A stretch of 64,000 nt of DNA from an uncultured Gammaproteobacteria bacterium (GCA_963777735.1 CAVZRQ010000008.1:81647-145646); one strand, 5' to 3'; shown: positions 1 through 10,849, counted from the first letter of the stretch. The notes: generated by a model not told the origin, from the letters alone. Numbers and translations: made by a program.

Positions 1-604
1 CAGCGCGGCATTGTCGACGCAGGGCGGTCGCGGCGAGGTTCTGAACGTGACGACGTCGGGTTCCCTGGAAGCCCTGATCTCCGCGCTGGATGGTGCGGGC
101 GATATGCCGACCATTCTCGTCAACAACGCTGCCATCACCCGCGACACACTGCTGCTGCGCATGAAGGACGACGACTGGAATCTGGTGATCGATACCAATC
201 TGTCGGCCAACTTCCGCATTTCGAAGGTCTGCGTGAAGCGCATGATGAAGGAGCGTCGTGGCCGCATCATCAACATCACCTCGGTGGTGGGCCTCATGGG
301 CAATGCCGGCCAGGTGAACTACGCGGCCGCCAAGGCCGGCGTGGTCGGTCTGACCAAGTCCATGGCGCGCGAGTTGGCTTCACGCAACATCACGGTCAAT
401 GCGGTGGCGCCTGGTTTCATCGATACCGACATGACCAAAGGCCTTCCGGACGAGCAGAAGGCTGCCCTGCTGAAGCAGATTCCGGCAGGCCGTTTGGGCA
501 GTCCGGAAGACATCGCCGAGGCGGTGGCCTTCCTGGCGTCACCCGCTGCGGGCTACATCACCGGTCAGACATTGAGCGTCAACGGTGGCATGCTGATGCC
601 CTGA
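1..604 (+). CDS. fabG: 3-oxoacyl-[ACP] reductase FabG (5' end outside window)
   Basis: Frame is open from the window edge. SDR/FabG motifs NNAAITRD, NYAAAKAG and PGFIDTDMT. Followed by acpP and fabF as in the canonical fab cluster. Confidence 0.9.
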   Translation, partial: SAALSTQGGRGEVLNVTTSGSLEALISALDGAGDMPTILVNNAAITRDTLLLRMKDDDWNLVIDTNLSANFRISKVCVKRMMKERRGRIINITSVVGLMGNAGQVNYAAAKAGVVGLTKSMARELASRNITVNAVAPGFIDTDMTKGLPDEQKAALLKQIPAGRLGSPEDIAEAVAFLASPAAGYITGQTLSVNGGMLMP

Positions 605-779
605 TACGGGTCCTGTTTTCTGGTCTTGCCTGTAAATGTCTAAATAAAACAACAGGTTGCAGTTCGACAGAATGCGGGATTTCTGTGGCGCAGCGCGGGG
701 GCTTCCCCTACAATACGCGCCCCATGCGCCCCTGAGAACGGGGTGCGAATCGGTCAAAATTTCAGAGGATTAAACACAG

Positions 780-1022
780 ATGAGCAGCGTCGAAAGCCAA
801 GTCAAAGCCATCGTTGCCGAGCAGCTGGGTGTCAAAGCCGAGCAGGTGACGAACGACGCGTCATTCGTCGATGACCTCGGTGCAGACTCGCTGGATACCG
901 TCGAACTGGTCATGGCACTCGAAGAGGAATTCGAAATCGAGATTCCCGACGAAGAGGCCGAGAAGATCACCACCGTGCAGCAGGCCATCAACTACATCAA
1001 CGATCGCCGCGCCAAAGCCTGA
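780..1022 (+). CDS. acpP: acyl carrier protein
   Basis: 80 aa with the phosphopantetheine attachment motif [11 protein letters not shown]. Lies between fabG and fabF. Confidence 0.97.
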   Translation: MSSVESQVKAIVAEQLGVKAEQVTNDASFVDDLGADSLDTVELVMALEEEFEIEIPDEEAEKITTVQQAINYINDRRAKA

Positions 1023-1046
1023 TCGTTCGCCTTACGGGTTCTTCTT

Positions 1047-1068
1047 GTGCGGCGAGCGATCGCCGCAC
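1047..1068 (+). terminator. stem-loop between acpP and fabF (possible partial terminator/attenuator)
   Basis: GTGCGGCGA-GCGA-TCGCCGCAC forms a 9-bp perfect stem. A second short GC palindrome (GCCGGC-CCC-GCCGGC) and a TTTT run follow. Confidence 0.35.
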
Positions 1069-1116
1069 ATCCGCCGGCCCCGCCGGCATCGTTTTCCCTG
1101 AGATACGGAGCTGCGC

Positions 1117-2367
1117 TTGAGCAAGCGTCGAGTAGTCGTCACGGGCATGGGCATTGTCTCGCCGGTTGGCAGCACCCTCGCGACCGCCTGGGCTGATGTC
1201 GTCAACGGCGTGAGTGGCATTGCGCCCATCACCCGCTATGACGCCACCGACTTTCCCTGCCGATTTGGCGGGGCGGTAAAGGGTTTCGAGCTCGCGAAAT
1301 ACCTTTCTCCCAAGGAAGCCCGGCGTATCGACGAGTTCATGCATTACGGCATCGCAGCGGGTGCCGATGCCATGGCGGATTCCGGCCTCGATCTCGAGAA
1401 GGTCGATCTGGATCGTGCCGGCGTCATCATGGGTTCCGGCATCGGCGGGCTCGAGCGGATCCAGGAGGAGCACAAGGCCTTCCTCGATGCGGGCAACAAC
1501 CCGCGCAAGATCTCACCGTTCTTCGTGCCTTCGACCATCATCAACATGATCTCCGGGCATCTGTCGATCCGCTTCGGATTGCGGGGCCCGAATTTCGCGG
1601 TGGTTTCTGCCTGCACGACGTCCACGCATGCCCTGGGCATCGCCATGCGGACCATCCAGTATGGCGACGCCGACATCGTCATCGCTGGCGGTTCCGAGAT
1701 GGCCACCACCGTCATGGGCATGGGCGGTTTCGGTCAGGCCAAGGCGCTGTCGACGCGCAACGATTCTCCCACCGAGGCCAGCCGGCCCTGGGATCGCGAT
1801 CGCGACGGATTCGTTCTGAGTGATGGCGGCGGCGCCATGGTGCTCGAGGAACTCGAACACGCGAAGGCCCGCGGCGCACGCATCTATGCAGAACTCGCCG
1901 GCTACAGCATGACCGGCGATGCGCATCACATCACCGCTCCACCGGAAGACGGCAACGGCGCGCGCCGCGCCATGCAGCTCGCCATGAAGGATGGCGGACT
2001 CAATCCGTCGGACGTGCAGTACATCAATGCGCACGCCACATCCACGCCGCTGGGCGACATGGCCGAGACCGTCGCGATCAAGGGTGCATTCGGTGATGCG
2101 GCGGGCAAGGTTGCGGTCAGCGCGACAAAGTCGGTCACGGGGCATCTGCTGGGCGCAGCGGGTGTGGTGGAGGCCATCTTCTCGACGCTTTCCATCCGTG
2201 ACCAGATCGCACCGCCCACCATGAACCTCCAGAACCCGGGCGAGGGTTGCGATCTCGACTATGTGCCACTGGTCGCGCGCAAGATGCGCATCGACGCCGT
2301 GCTGTCCAATTCCTTTGGATTCGGCGGCACCAACGGCACGCTGGCGCTGCGCCGGTTCACGGGCTGA
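1117..2367 (+). CDS. fabF: 3-oxoacyl-[ACP] synthase II
   Basis: 416 aa, TTG start. KAS II motifs SACTTSTHA (active-site Cys), HATSTPLGD, GHLLGAAG and FGFGGTNG. Confidence 0.93.
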   Translation: MSKRRVVVTGMGIVSPVGSTLATAWADVVNGVSGIAPITRYDATDFPCRFGGAVKGFELAKYLSPKEARRIDEFMHYGIAAGADAMADSGLDLEKVDLDRAGVIMGSGIGGLERIQEEHKAFLDAGNNPRKISPFFVPSTIINMISGHLSIRFGLRGPNFAVVSACTTSTHALGIAMRTIQYGDADIVIAGGSEMATTVMGMGGFGQAKALSTRNDSPTEASRPWDRDRDGFVLSDGGGAMVLEELEHAKARGARIYAELAGYSMTGDAHHITAPPEDGNGARRAMQLAMKDGGLNPSDVQYINAHATSTPLGDMAETVAIKGAFGDAAGKVAVSATKSVTGHLLGAAGVVEAIFSTLSIRDQIAPPTMNLQNPGEGCDLDYVPLVARKMRIDAVLSNSFGFGGTNGTLALRRFTG

Positions 2368-2387
2368 CGCCCGGTAGCCTCGGCGCC

Positions 2388-3776
2388 ATGCGCGCGCCAG
2401 CCATTCATATCGAACCCGTTGAGCTGGCGCCTCAGGTGCTGCTCAATCTGGCTGCGCGCGATCCCGGGCGTTATCCCGTGCTGCTCGACAGTGCTGCCGA
2501 GGGGGCGTTGTCGCAGATGTCTCTGCTGGCCGCGTTGCCGCGCGGCTGTGTCTGGCTCGATGCACGCGGCGGAGTTCACACCAGCGGCGATCTGCCGCCA
2601 GTCAGCGCCGCGGAGTTTCTGCCTGCACTGGATGCGCACTGGGCCCGCGCGGCCGCTGATACCGCGCAACGACCCACGACCCTGCCATTCGGGGGCGGGT
2701 GGTTCGTCTACCTGGGTTACGAGCTGGGGCTGGAGATTGAACCCTCGCTGCGACCCTGGTGGCCCGCTGCCAGTTTCGGCGATGCGCGTCCGGTTGCGGC
2801 CGCACTGCGGGTGCCTGCTGCACTGATGCGCAGTGATGACGGTCGCGGCTTTCTGATCACGGAACCTTCGGTGACCGCCGCTGAGCGCCAGCAGATCCTC
2901 GCTGATCTGCAAACCGCTGCTGCGGAACCTCCGGCTGCCCGCAGGGGCCCCAGCATCGAGGTGGCAGAGGAAGCTCCTGAGGCGTATCTGAAGCGCATCG
3001 TAGCCGCGCAGGAATACATCCGCGCCGGAGATATCTACCAGGCCAATCTCTCGAGGCCCTGGCGCGCGCGACTGCCCGACGACTATCCCGCGGCCGACCT
3101 GTATCGGCGACTGCGCGCCAGCAATCCGGCGCCGTTTGCCGCCTTTGCGCAGTTTGGGGCGCTACGCATCCTGTCGTCCTCACCCGAGCGCCTGCTGCGC
3201 ATCCAGGGGCGTCGGCTCGACACCAGGCCTATTGCCGGCACGCATCCACGTGGCAAGAATCCCGAGGAGGATCGTGCGCTGGCAGAAGCGCTGGTGGCGC
3301 ACCCGAAGGAGCGGGCCGAACACGTGATGCTCATTGACCTCGCACGCAATGACCTCGGGCGTGTCTGCACGGGTGGGTCGGTGCGGGTGGATGAATACAT
3401 GGCGGTGGAAACCTATGCGCATGTGCACCACATCGTTTCCAATGTCACCGGCGAACTGCGCGCGGGTGTATCGCCGGCCGATGCGCTGCGCGCGGTGTTC
3501 CCGGGCGGCACGATCACTGGCTGCCCGAAAGTGCGCTGCATGCAGATCATTGCCGAGCTGGAGTCGGCCCCACGCGGTCCCTATACCGGCAGCCTGGGCT
3601 ATCTGAATCATGATGGCTCGGGAGACTTCAACATCCTGATCCGCACCATGTCGCTGTACGGACAGGAGCTGGAGTTCCGGGCGGGTGCCGGCATCGTTGC
3701 CGATTCCCGGCCGGAGCGTGAACTGGCGGAAACCCGGGCCAAGGCCCGTGGCATGTTGCTGGCGCTGGAACCATGA
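2388..3776 (+). CDS. pabB: aminodeoxychorismate synthase component I (chorismate-binding enzyme)
   Basis: Motifs SSSPERLL, LIDLARNDLGRV, GGTITGCPK and RGPYTGSLGY. I placed the start at ATG 2388, just after the fabF stop, because the ORF-track start at 2247 overlaps fabF. The adjacent pabC supports PabB over TrpE. Confidence 0.8.
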   Translation: MRAPAIHIEPVELAPQVLLNLAARDPGRYPVLLDSAAEGALSQMSLLAALPRGCVWLDARGGVHTSGDLPPVSAAEFLPALDAHWARAAADTAQRPTTLPFGGGWFVYLGYELGLEIEPSLRPWWPAASFGDARPVAAALRVPAALMRSDDGRGFLITEPSVTAAERQQILADLQTAAAEPPAARRGPSIEVAEEAPEAYLKRIVAAQEYIRAGDIYQANLSRPWRARLPDDYPAADLYRRLRASNPAPFAAFAQFGALRILSSSPERLLRIQGRRLDTRPIAGTHPRGKNPEEDRALAEALVAHPKERAEHVMLIDLARNDLGRVCTGGSVRVDEYMAVETYAHVHHIVSNVTGELRAGVSPADALRAVFPGGTITGCPKVRCMQIIAELESAPRGPYTGSLGYLNHDGSGDFNILIRTMSLYGQELEFRAGAGIVADSRPERELAETRAKARGMLLALEP

Positions 3777-4594
3777 GCACCGCGCTGCGGGTATTCGTGG
3801 ATGGCGAAGCCTGCAGCGCAAGCTGGCCGCAGGATCGTGCGTTGCAGTATGGCGACGGATTGTTCGAGACCATGCTGGTGCGCGGTGGGCAGATCCGTTT
3901 CGAGGCACTGCACCGCGCGCGGCTGGCGCTGGGTTGTGACCGACTCGCGATCCACGCCGATCTCGCCGCAATCTGGGAACAGGCCGCAGGAATTGCCGGG
4001 CAGCATGTTGAATCGCTGCTGAAGCTGCAGCTCACGCGCGGCAACGCCACGGCGCGTGGATATGCGCCTTCCGGTGCAGAGCAGGCGCGCGTGATCCTGA
4101 GCGTGTTCCCTGCGCCGCTGGCGACGGAGCTGCCGGCGGTGATTCGCGCCCTGTCGCTGCGCAACTGTCTGGGCGAGAACCCTGACCTTGCCGGCATCAA
4201 GCACTGCAGCCGGCTGGAGCAGGTGCTGGCGCGCGCCAGGCTGCGGGGTACAGGTGCGTATGAGGGCCTGATGGCCAGTAGCTCCGGGCACCTGATATCG
4301 GGCACCATGAGCAACGTGTTTCTGGAGCTGGACGGTACGCTTGTGACGCCGACATTGGATCGCTGCGGAATAGCCGGTGTCCTGCGTGCGGTGGTGCTGC
4401 GTGAAGCGCAGCGGGCAGGAATGCCAATACGCATTGCCGAAATTCCCTGGTCTGCACTCGAGCGCTGCTCCGCTCTGTCGCTATCGAACGCCCGCTTGGG
4501 CCTGCTGCCCGTGCAGGAGCTTGACGGCCGAAAGCTGGCAGCGAATCCCCGGCTGCTTGAACTCGCCGCGAGGATCGAAGCACTTGATCAGTAA
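3773..4594 (+). CDS. pabC: aminodeoxychorismate lyase (class IV aminotransferase fold)
   Basis: ATGA overlap with pabB. The LQYGDGLFET-type N-terminus is typical of PabC/IlvE-fold proteins. Sits before mltG as in the E. coli and Pseudomonas fab-pabC-mltG-tmk-holB order. Confidence 0.75.
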   Translation: MSTALRVFVDGEACSASWPQDRALQYGDGLFETMLVRGGQIRFEALHRARLALGCDRLAIHADLAAIWEQAAGIAGQHVESLLKLQLTRGNATARGYAPSGAEQARVILSVFPAPLATELPAVIRALSLRNCLGENPDLAGIKHCSRLEQVLARARLRGTGAYEGLMASSSGHLISGTMSNVFLELDGTLVTPTLDRCGIAGVLRAVVLREAQRAGMPIRIAEIPWSALERCSALSLSNARLGLLPVQELDGRKLAANPRLLELAARIEALDQ

Positions 4595-5706
4595 GCGCGC
4601 CAGGGCAGTCATCCTCAGCCTGTTGCTGCTGGCCGCCGCGGGCGCCATGTGGCTGCGCTACACCCTGCAGCAGGCCGCCCTGCAGCCCGGGGCCGCCAAC
4701 ACCATGCAGCAGTTCGATGTGCCACAAGGCGCCAGCATGCGCTCCGTGCTGCAGACGCTCGAGCAGCAGGAATTGATCGGCAATGCCAGGCTGCTGGAGT
4801 GGTATCTGCGCTGCTGCCAGCGCGGTACCTCGCTGGCAGGCGGGGGCGTCAAGGCGGGTCGGTATCGCCTCGTGCCAGGCACGCCACCGATCGAAATCCT
4901 GCGCCAGCTGATCGAAGGGCGAGTGGTGCTGGAAAAGGTCACCATCCTGGAGGGTTGGACTTTCAAACAGATGCGCGAGCAGCTGGCGAAGGAAAGCGAG
5001 CTGCTGCAGACCACCGCGGGCGTCGATGAAGCCCAGATCATGGAGGAACTGGGTGCGCCGGATCTTGCGGCAGAAGGGCGCTTCGCGCCGGATACCTATT
5101 CTTTCGCGCCCGGCGTGACCACCGACATGCAGATCCTGCGCATGGCGTTCGAAGCGCAGCGGCGCAACCTGCAGGAAGCATGGGATGCGCGGCAAAAAGA
5201 TCTGCCGCTGGCCACTCCCGACGAGGCGCTGGCACTGGCGTCCATCGTCGAGAAGGAGACCGGCCTTGCCAGCGAGCGTGCGCGCGTGGCGGGTGTGTTC
5301 ATCAACCGGTTGCGCAAGGGCATGCGCCTGCAGTCCGATCCGACAGTGATCTACGGCATTCGCGACCGCTACGACGGCAATATCCGCAGGCGCGACCTGA
5401 CCACCGATACGCCGTACAACACCTACACCCGTGCCGGCTTGCCGCCCACGCCCATTGCGCTGCCTGGCCGCGAAGGCCATCATCGCGACGCTGAATCCGG
5501 AGAAGACCGATTCCATCTTCTTCGTGGCGATCGGCGATGGCAGTGGCGGGCACTATTTCTCCACCACGGTGGCGGAGCACAACCAGGCGGTGCAACGTTA
5601 TCTGGCACGCCTGCGTGCACCCTCTGTTGCCGACCAGATCGCTCTGGATGCAGCCCCTGATGTTCCTGCTGAGCCCTCCGCGGAAGTCACGACGCCCACG
5701 CCATGA
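4584..5706 (+). pseudogene. mltG: endolytic murein transglycosylase MltG (YceG family); frame broken once as sequenced
   Basis: YceG-like sequence (VKAGRYRL, ASIVEKET, QSDPTVIYG, YNTYTRAGLPPTPIALPG) runs in the frame of ORF 4377..5660. It continues as AIIATLNPEKTDSIFFVAIGDGSGGHYFSTT in the frame of ORF 5431..5706. The junction is at GAAGGCC, about 5475, and is consistent with one extra base. TTG start at 4584 is proposed. Confidence 0.85.
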
Positions 5707-6323
5707 ACCGCGGTCGCTTCATCACCTTCGAGGGCATCGAGGGCGCTGGCAAATCCAGCCTGCAGCGCGCGCTGGCAGACGCATTGTCCGCGCGCGGCCA
5801 GGTGGTGTGTGCCACGCGCGAACCCGGGGGCACGCCGCTGGCAGAAGAGATCCGCACGCTGGCGCTGGCGCGGCGCAGCGAGGGCATGCCATCCACCACC
5901 GAACTGCTGTTGATGTTCGCGGCCCGCGCCGCGCACGTAAGCCAGCGTATCGAGCCAGCGTTGGCACGTGGCGAATGGGTGCTGTGCGATCGCTTCACCG
6001 ATGCCAGCCGCGCCTATCAGGGCGGGGGCAGGGGGCTGGACGAGGGCACCATCGATGTGCTGGCCGCCATCGCCCATCCGCAGCTGCAGCCGGATCTGAC
6101 CTTCCTGCTGGATGTTGCGCCGGATCTCGGCCTTGCGCGCGCGCGCAGCCGTCAGGAGAACGGCGATCGCTTCGAGGATGAGGCCCTGACTTTCTTCGCG
6201 CGGGTGCGTGCCCGGTATCTGCTGCTGGCACAACGTGAGCCGCAGCGCTTCTGCGTGCTCGACGCCACTCAGACGCCTGCCGAACTGCTGGCTGCAGCGT
6301 TGGCCCGGCTGGCAAACCTGTGA
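5703..6323 (+). CDS. tmk: thymidylate kinase
   Basis: P-loop FITFEGIEGAGKSS, DRF motif and a lid region. ATGA overlap with the mltG stop. Confidence 0.93.
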   Translation: MNRGRFITFEGIEGAGKSSLQRALADALSARGQVVCATREPGGTPLAEEIRTLALARRSEGMPSTTELLLMFAARAAHVSQRIEPALARGEWVLCDRFTDASRAYQGGGRGLDEGTIDVLAAIAHPQLQPDLTFLLDVAPDLGLARARSRQENGDRFEDEALTFFARVRARYLLLAQREPQRFCVLDATQTPAELLAAALARLANL

Positions 6324-7264
6324 GCCTCTATCCCTGGCTGGAACCTGCCGCTGCCAGGTTGCGTGCTGCCAACGCGGCAGGCCGATTGCCGCCGGCATTG
6401 CTGATCCACGAGGCACCAGGCGTCGGTGGCAGGGAGCTCGCCGTTTATGCCGCCCAGCTGCTGTTCTGCGCCGACCGATCAGCCTGCGGCGGTTGCAGCC
6501 ACTGCCGGCGGATCGTCCAGGGCGAGCATCCGGACTTCATCCTCGTCGGGCCAGATGCCGAGTCAAAACTCGGCCAGATCACCATCGACCAGGTGCGGGC
6601 GATCTCGGAACAGCTGACCCTTTCCAGCTATGAAGGCAGGGGCACCGTGGTGGTTCTCCAGCCGGCCGATGCGCTGAACCGCAATGCGGCCAATGCACTG
6701 CTGAAGACGCTGGAAGAGCCCCGGGCTGACGCACATGTGGTGCTGGTAACCACGGCTCCCAGCCTGCTGCCTGCCACCATCCGCAGCCGCTGCCAGAAGC
6801 TTGTCGTGGCCGCTCCGAATCGGGCAGAGGCACTGGCCTGGCTTTCTGCCCAACAGCCGTCCCACAAGGCCGACTGGCCGGCGGTGCTGGAGGTACTCGG
6901 GGTGGCGCCGGTGGAAGCGCTGGCGGCCGATGTGCGGCAGATCCTGGGGATTCGTGCGGATGTCCTGCAACTGCTGAAAGACGCCAGGCAGGGCCGTATC
7001 GACGTCATCCGAACGGCCGAAGGCTGGGCCAAGGACGAGCTGGCCCTGCGTCTGCGCGGCATTGAGAACTGTCTCACAGGGCAGATTCTGGCAATGCGCT
7101 CTGGTGCCCGGTTGCAAGATGGGCCTTTGGACATAAATATAGGGGCTGCGCTCCGGCTGTTGGACGACCTGCGCGAGCTGCAACGCCAGCTTGCCACCTC
7201 GCTCAACAAGCCTCTGGCGCTGGAACGCCACCTCTGGCACATGAACAAGGCTGGCGGGGCATGA
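6320..7264 (+). CDS. holB: DNA polymerase III subunit delta prime
   Basis: Zinc-module cysteines CGGCSHCRR, then LLKTLEEP and SRCQ motifs. Lies after tmk. Confidence 0.85.
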   Translation: MSLYPWLEPAAARLRAANAAGRLPPALLIHEAPGVGGRELAVYAAQLLFCADRSACGGCSHCRRIVQGEHPDFILVGPDAESKLGQITIDQVRAISEQLTLSSYEGRGTVVVLQPADALNRNAANALLKTLEEPRADAHVVLVTTAPSLLPATIRSRCQKLVVAAPNRAEALAWLSAQQPSHKADWPAVLEVLGVAPVEALAADVRQILGIRADVLQLLKDARQGRIDVIRTAEGWAKDELALRLRGIENCLTGQILAMRSGARLQDGPLDINIGAALRLLDDLRELQRQLATSLNKPLALERHLWHMNKAGGA

Positions 7265-7656
7265 AGTTCGATAACAGGAAAGACATGTCGCCGAAAGACC
7301 CGCTGTCGCGCTCAGGCATCAACAAGCCGGGATTGCTGACGCTCACCATCAAGGACAAGAGCGCGCTGTACATGGCCTACATGCCGTTCGTGCGCAATGG
7401 CGGTCTGTTCATCCCCACCAACAGCAACTACCGGCTGGGCGATGAAGTATTCATGCTGCTGAATCTGATGGGCGAGGATGAAAAGCTGCCGGTGGCAGGG
7501 CGCGTCATCTGGCTGACGCCAAAGGGCGCACAGGGCAAGCGCACGGCCGGCATCGGCGTGCAGTTCAGCGAACAGGACCGCGGCCAGACGCAGAAGAAGA
7601 TCGAGAACTACCTGGCCGGTGCGCTGGCCGGCGAGAAATCAACGCACACGATGTAG
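7261..7656 (+). CDS. pilZ: PilZ domain protein (type IV pilus assembly PilZ-like)
   Basis: Small protein directly after holB, as in Pseudomonas. Sequence is PilZ-like (GLFIPT, GDEVFMLLNL, GIGVQF). The true start may be an internal ATG. Confidence 0.75.
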   Translation: MKFDNRKDMSPKDPLSRSGINKPGLLTLTIKDKSALYMAYMPFVRNGGLFIPTNSNYRLGDEVFMLLNLMGEDEKLPVAGRVIWLTPKGAQGKRTAGIGVQFSEQDRGQTQKKIENYLAGALAGEKSTHTM

Positions 7657-7658
7657 CG

Positions 7659-8738
7659 TCAGACCGATGCGGCCCGTCGCAGGCCGCGTTCCATGGTCGA
7701 CAGTCCGCCCTTGAGCACATAGGCGTCGAAGCCTTTCTCCACCAGGATGAATGCCGCAGCCGAACTGCGCCGCCCGGTATCGCAGTAGACGATGTAGGGC
7801 TTGCTCTTGTCGAAGGCCGAGAGCTTCAGGCGGATGAAATACAGCGGCACGTTGACAGCCGATTCGACCGCCAGGTTCTGGAACTCGGAGGGCAGCCGCA
7901 CATCGAGCCAGACGCCACCCTTCTTCGCCACCAGCTGTTCGGCCTGCTCGGCAGTGACCCACTGCAGCAGCGGCTCGTTCATCAGCTCGCGGAAATCCTG
8001 CTTGTTCAGGCGCATCAGCACGCCATCGGTCTGCATCGTGACCGTGGCATTGCGCTTGGCCTCGGAGATCAGCGCCTCTTCGCCGAAGGTGTCGCCGACG
8101 GCGAGCTCCGCCAGCTTGATGCCGTCCTTGTTCAGCGGCGTTTCGCGCGTGACCACGCAGCGGCCGCTGACGATGGCGTAGAAATAATCGCCTTCTGCGC
8201 CCTGGCGGATCACCACATCGCCGGCGCGGTAGGGCATGCGCTGCATGCGCATGAAGATGGCCTGGATGTTGGCGGGCGGGATGCGCTGCATGGCCCGGCT
8301 CTGCAGCAGGGTGGTCATCCAGTCGTCGCCTTCGGAATTCTGGAACTGCGACTGCAGCTCGGAGACCTCGTAGGTGCCCGTCTGGTCCCAGGTGATCATC
8401 ACATCGAGCAGTTCGCTGTCGATGGAGAGATATTCCACCTGGTCCATCGCGCGGGCCGAGAACTCGCGCGGCAGCTTGGCGGAGATCGGATTGCGCGCTT
8501 CGGGTGTGCCACCCTTGATCACGCCGATGGTGCGGTCTTCCTCGCGCAGCTCGACCGTGCCGGAAACGATCCAGATGGTGCGCTTCTCGGTATCGCCCTG
8601 CTTGAACAGCAGTCGGCCGGAATCCATTTCCCGGACGAAAACCTTGCGCGCCAGCGCCGCCTGGTTTTCCTTCTTCATGCCGTCGAGGGGCGCAAACTGA
8701 CGCAGCAACGGCACGTCGACAGTGCGACCTTGGCTCAT
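7659..8738 (-). CDS. tandem cyclic-nucleotide-binding domains fused to a C-terminal rhodanese domain
   Basis: The second cNMP domain has canonical FGEEALI...KRNATV. The first is degenerate. The C-terminus is rhodanese-like with a putative active-site loop YCDTGRRS. Confidence 0.8.
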   Translation of the reverse strand: MSQGRTVDVPLLRQFAPLDGMKKENQAALARKVFVREMDSGRLLFKQGDTEKRTIWIVSGTVELREEDRTIGVIKGGTPEARNPISAKLPREFSARAMDQVEYLSIDSELLDVMITWDQTGTYEVSELQSQFQNSEGDDWMTTLLQSRAMQRIPPANIQAIFMRMQRMPYRAGDVVIRQGAEGDYFYAIVSGRCVVTRETPLNKDGIKLAELAVGDTFGEEALISEAKRNATVTMQTDGVLMRLNKQDFRELMNEPLLQWVTAEQAEQLVAKKGGVWLDVRLPSEFQNLAVESAVNVPLYFIRLKLSAFDKSKPYIVYCDTGRRSSAAAFILVEKGFDAYVLKGGLSTMERGLRRAASV

Positions 8739-8795
8739 CGATTCGTCCGCTCCATAAGATTGCCGCGCAGTGCCATGATTATCCGGGAAATAGTA

Positions 8796-10845
8796 TCACG
8801 CAGGGCGCAGGCCGGCCCAACCCGGGTCAGGCGTAAAGCGTGAACCGTGTTGCAGAGCGAGCTGTTGCAGCCGTGCTTGCAGGCGCTCTGGTCCCTCGCT
8901 GCTGGCCCATTGCAGGGGTCCACCCCGGAAGGGCGCAAAACCAGCGCCGAATATCACACCCGCATCCACCAGATCCGCATCCGCCACGATGCCTTCGCGC
9001 AGGCAGGCGACGCTCTCGTTCGCCAGCGTGAGCATCAGCCGGTCGGTCAGGTCCTGCGACACCGCCGCTTCGTCCACCTGCAGCTTCACGGCCTTGCCAT
9101 CCACCCATTTGTAGTAACCCTGACCGCTCTTGCGTCCCAGCTTGCGATCCGCCACCAGCTGCTCGAGTCGCTTGAGCGGCAGCGGTGGCGTGCGGCCGAT
9201 GGCCTGGCTGATGATCTCACCCACATGCTTGCAGACGTCGAGACCCACCACATCCGACAGCTCGATGGGCCCCATCGGCATGCCGAAGCGCGTGGCCGCC
9301 GCATCCACGACTTCCGGCGTCATGCCTTCCTCGACGGCAATCATCCCTTCCTGCATGTAGGGGATCAGCACGCGGTTGACGAGGAAGCCCGGCGAACTGC
9401 GGCAGGGCAGAGGCAGTTTGTCGATGCGACGCACGAATGCCGCGGCGGCGGTCATCACGTCAGCGCGGGTTTCCGGCCCGCGAATGATCTCCACCAGCGG
9501 CATCTGCGCAACCGGATTGAAGAAATGCAGGCCAACGAAGCGACCCGGATCCGCCATGCCTTCCGTCAGGGACTCCAGCACCAGGCTCGAGGTGTTGGTG
9601 GCCAGTATCGCGGTGGCCTTCATGCGCGGCAGCAGCGCGGCATAGAGGCTGCGTTTGGCTTCCAGATTCTCGAAGATGGCCTCGATGACCAGATCCGCAT
9701 CGCCAACCCGGGCGCCTTCCACATCGGCCACCAGCCGCGATCTGGCAGCGGCCTGTTCGGCGTCACCGCGCGCCCGCTTCGCAAACAGCTCCGCCGCGCG
9801 CTGGATGGCCGGGGTTCACCTGCTCCAGGCTGCGATCCTGCAGGCTCACGTTGAAGCCGCGCAGCGCGCACCAGGCGGCGATGTCGCCGCCCATGATGCC
9901 TGCGCCCACCACGTGCACATTGCGGATGACCATGGCGTCCGCGGCCGGCCTGCCGCCCAGTCGCCTTCAGGCGATCCTGCAGCAGGAACACCCGCACCAG
10001 GTTGCGCGCCGTGCTGCTGCCAAACAGCTGCGCGATCGAGCTGGCCTCCGCGTCATAGGCGGCGCGACCGCTGGCGCCGTGCTTCGACCACAGGTCGATG
10101 ATGGCGTATGGCGCGGGGTAGTGATCGCGGCGCACGCGCGCGCTGACTTGTCGCAGCAGGGCGGGCGTAATGAAATTGCGCACCAGTGGCCAGGAGAGCG
10201 CGCGCTCGGTCAGCGCCGGCCGATGCGGCGCCGGCTTGTCGGAGAGCAGCTTTCTGCAGGCGGCATCGGCGCGGTCGGCGAGGCACCAGTGCATCGATGA
10301 GGCCGATCTTGAGGGCGCGGTCGCCCCGGATGTTCTTGCCCGTCAGCATCATGTCCATCGCGGCGCGTACGCCCAGCAGCCGCACGGCGCGCACGGTGCC
10401 GCCAAAACCCGGGTGTATGCCGAGCTGCACCTCCGGCAGGCCCAGCGTGAGCTTGCCGTCATCCACACCAACCCGATACCGGCAGGCCAGCGCAAGCTCC
10501 AGTCCGCCACCCAGCGCGAAGCCCTGCAGCAGCGCTACCGTGGGGCAGGGCAGTGCCGCGATCCGGTCGCACAGTCCCTGGCCCAGTCGGATGCTTCGCA
10601 GTGCGTCATCTGCCGTGGCAAAAGTCGTGAACTCGTTGATGTCGGCACCGGCAATGAAGCCGCCGGCCTTGCCGGAACGGATGATGAGCCCTGCAGGTGG
10701 CGCACGCTCGATGCCATCCAGAGCGGTTGCCAGTTCCTGCAGCACGGCTGCACCCAGCGTGTTGGCCGACTTGCCGGGAATGTCGAGTGTCAGAACGCGC
10801 GACGCCGTCGGACTCCTTCACAATGGACCAGGCCGGATTGCTCAT
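8796..10845 (-). pseudogene. fused enoyl-CoA hydratase / 3-hydroxyacyl-CoA dehydrogenase (FadB/FadJ-like); at least 4 frame breaks as sequenced
   Basis: A crotonase domain (GFALGGGLELALACRYR, LGIHPGFGGT) and an NAD-binding dehydrogenase domain (VHVVGAGIMGGDIA, LATNTSSL) are spread over four frames. These are ORFs 10606..10944, 10053..10745, 9620..10294 and 8796..9731. Junctions lie near 10797, 10282, 9964 and 9812, each consistent with one extra base. Confidence 0.85.
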
Positions 10846-10849
10846 GTTC

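Noticed and set aside
4197-5516. 439-aa minus-strand ORF over pabC/mltG; also the plus-strand ORF 62104..63480 over gph/yciK
   Set aside because: Both overlap genes with strong family signatures on the other frame or strand. Both translate to Arg/Ala/Gly-rich sequence with no motifs.
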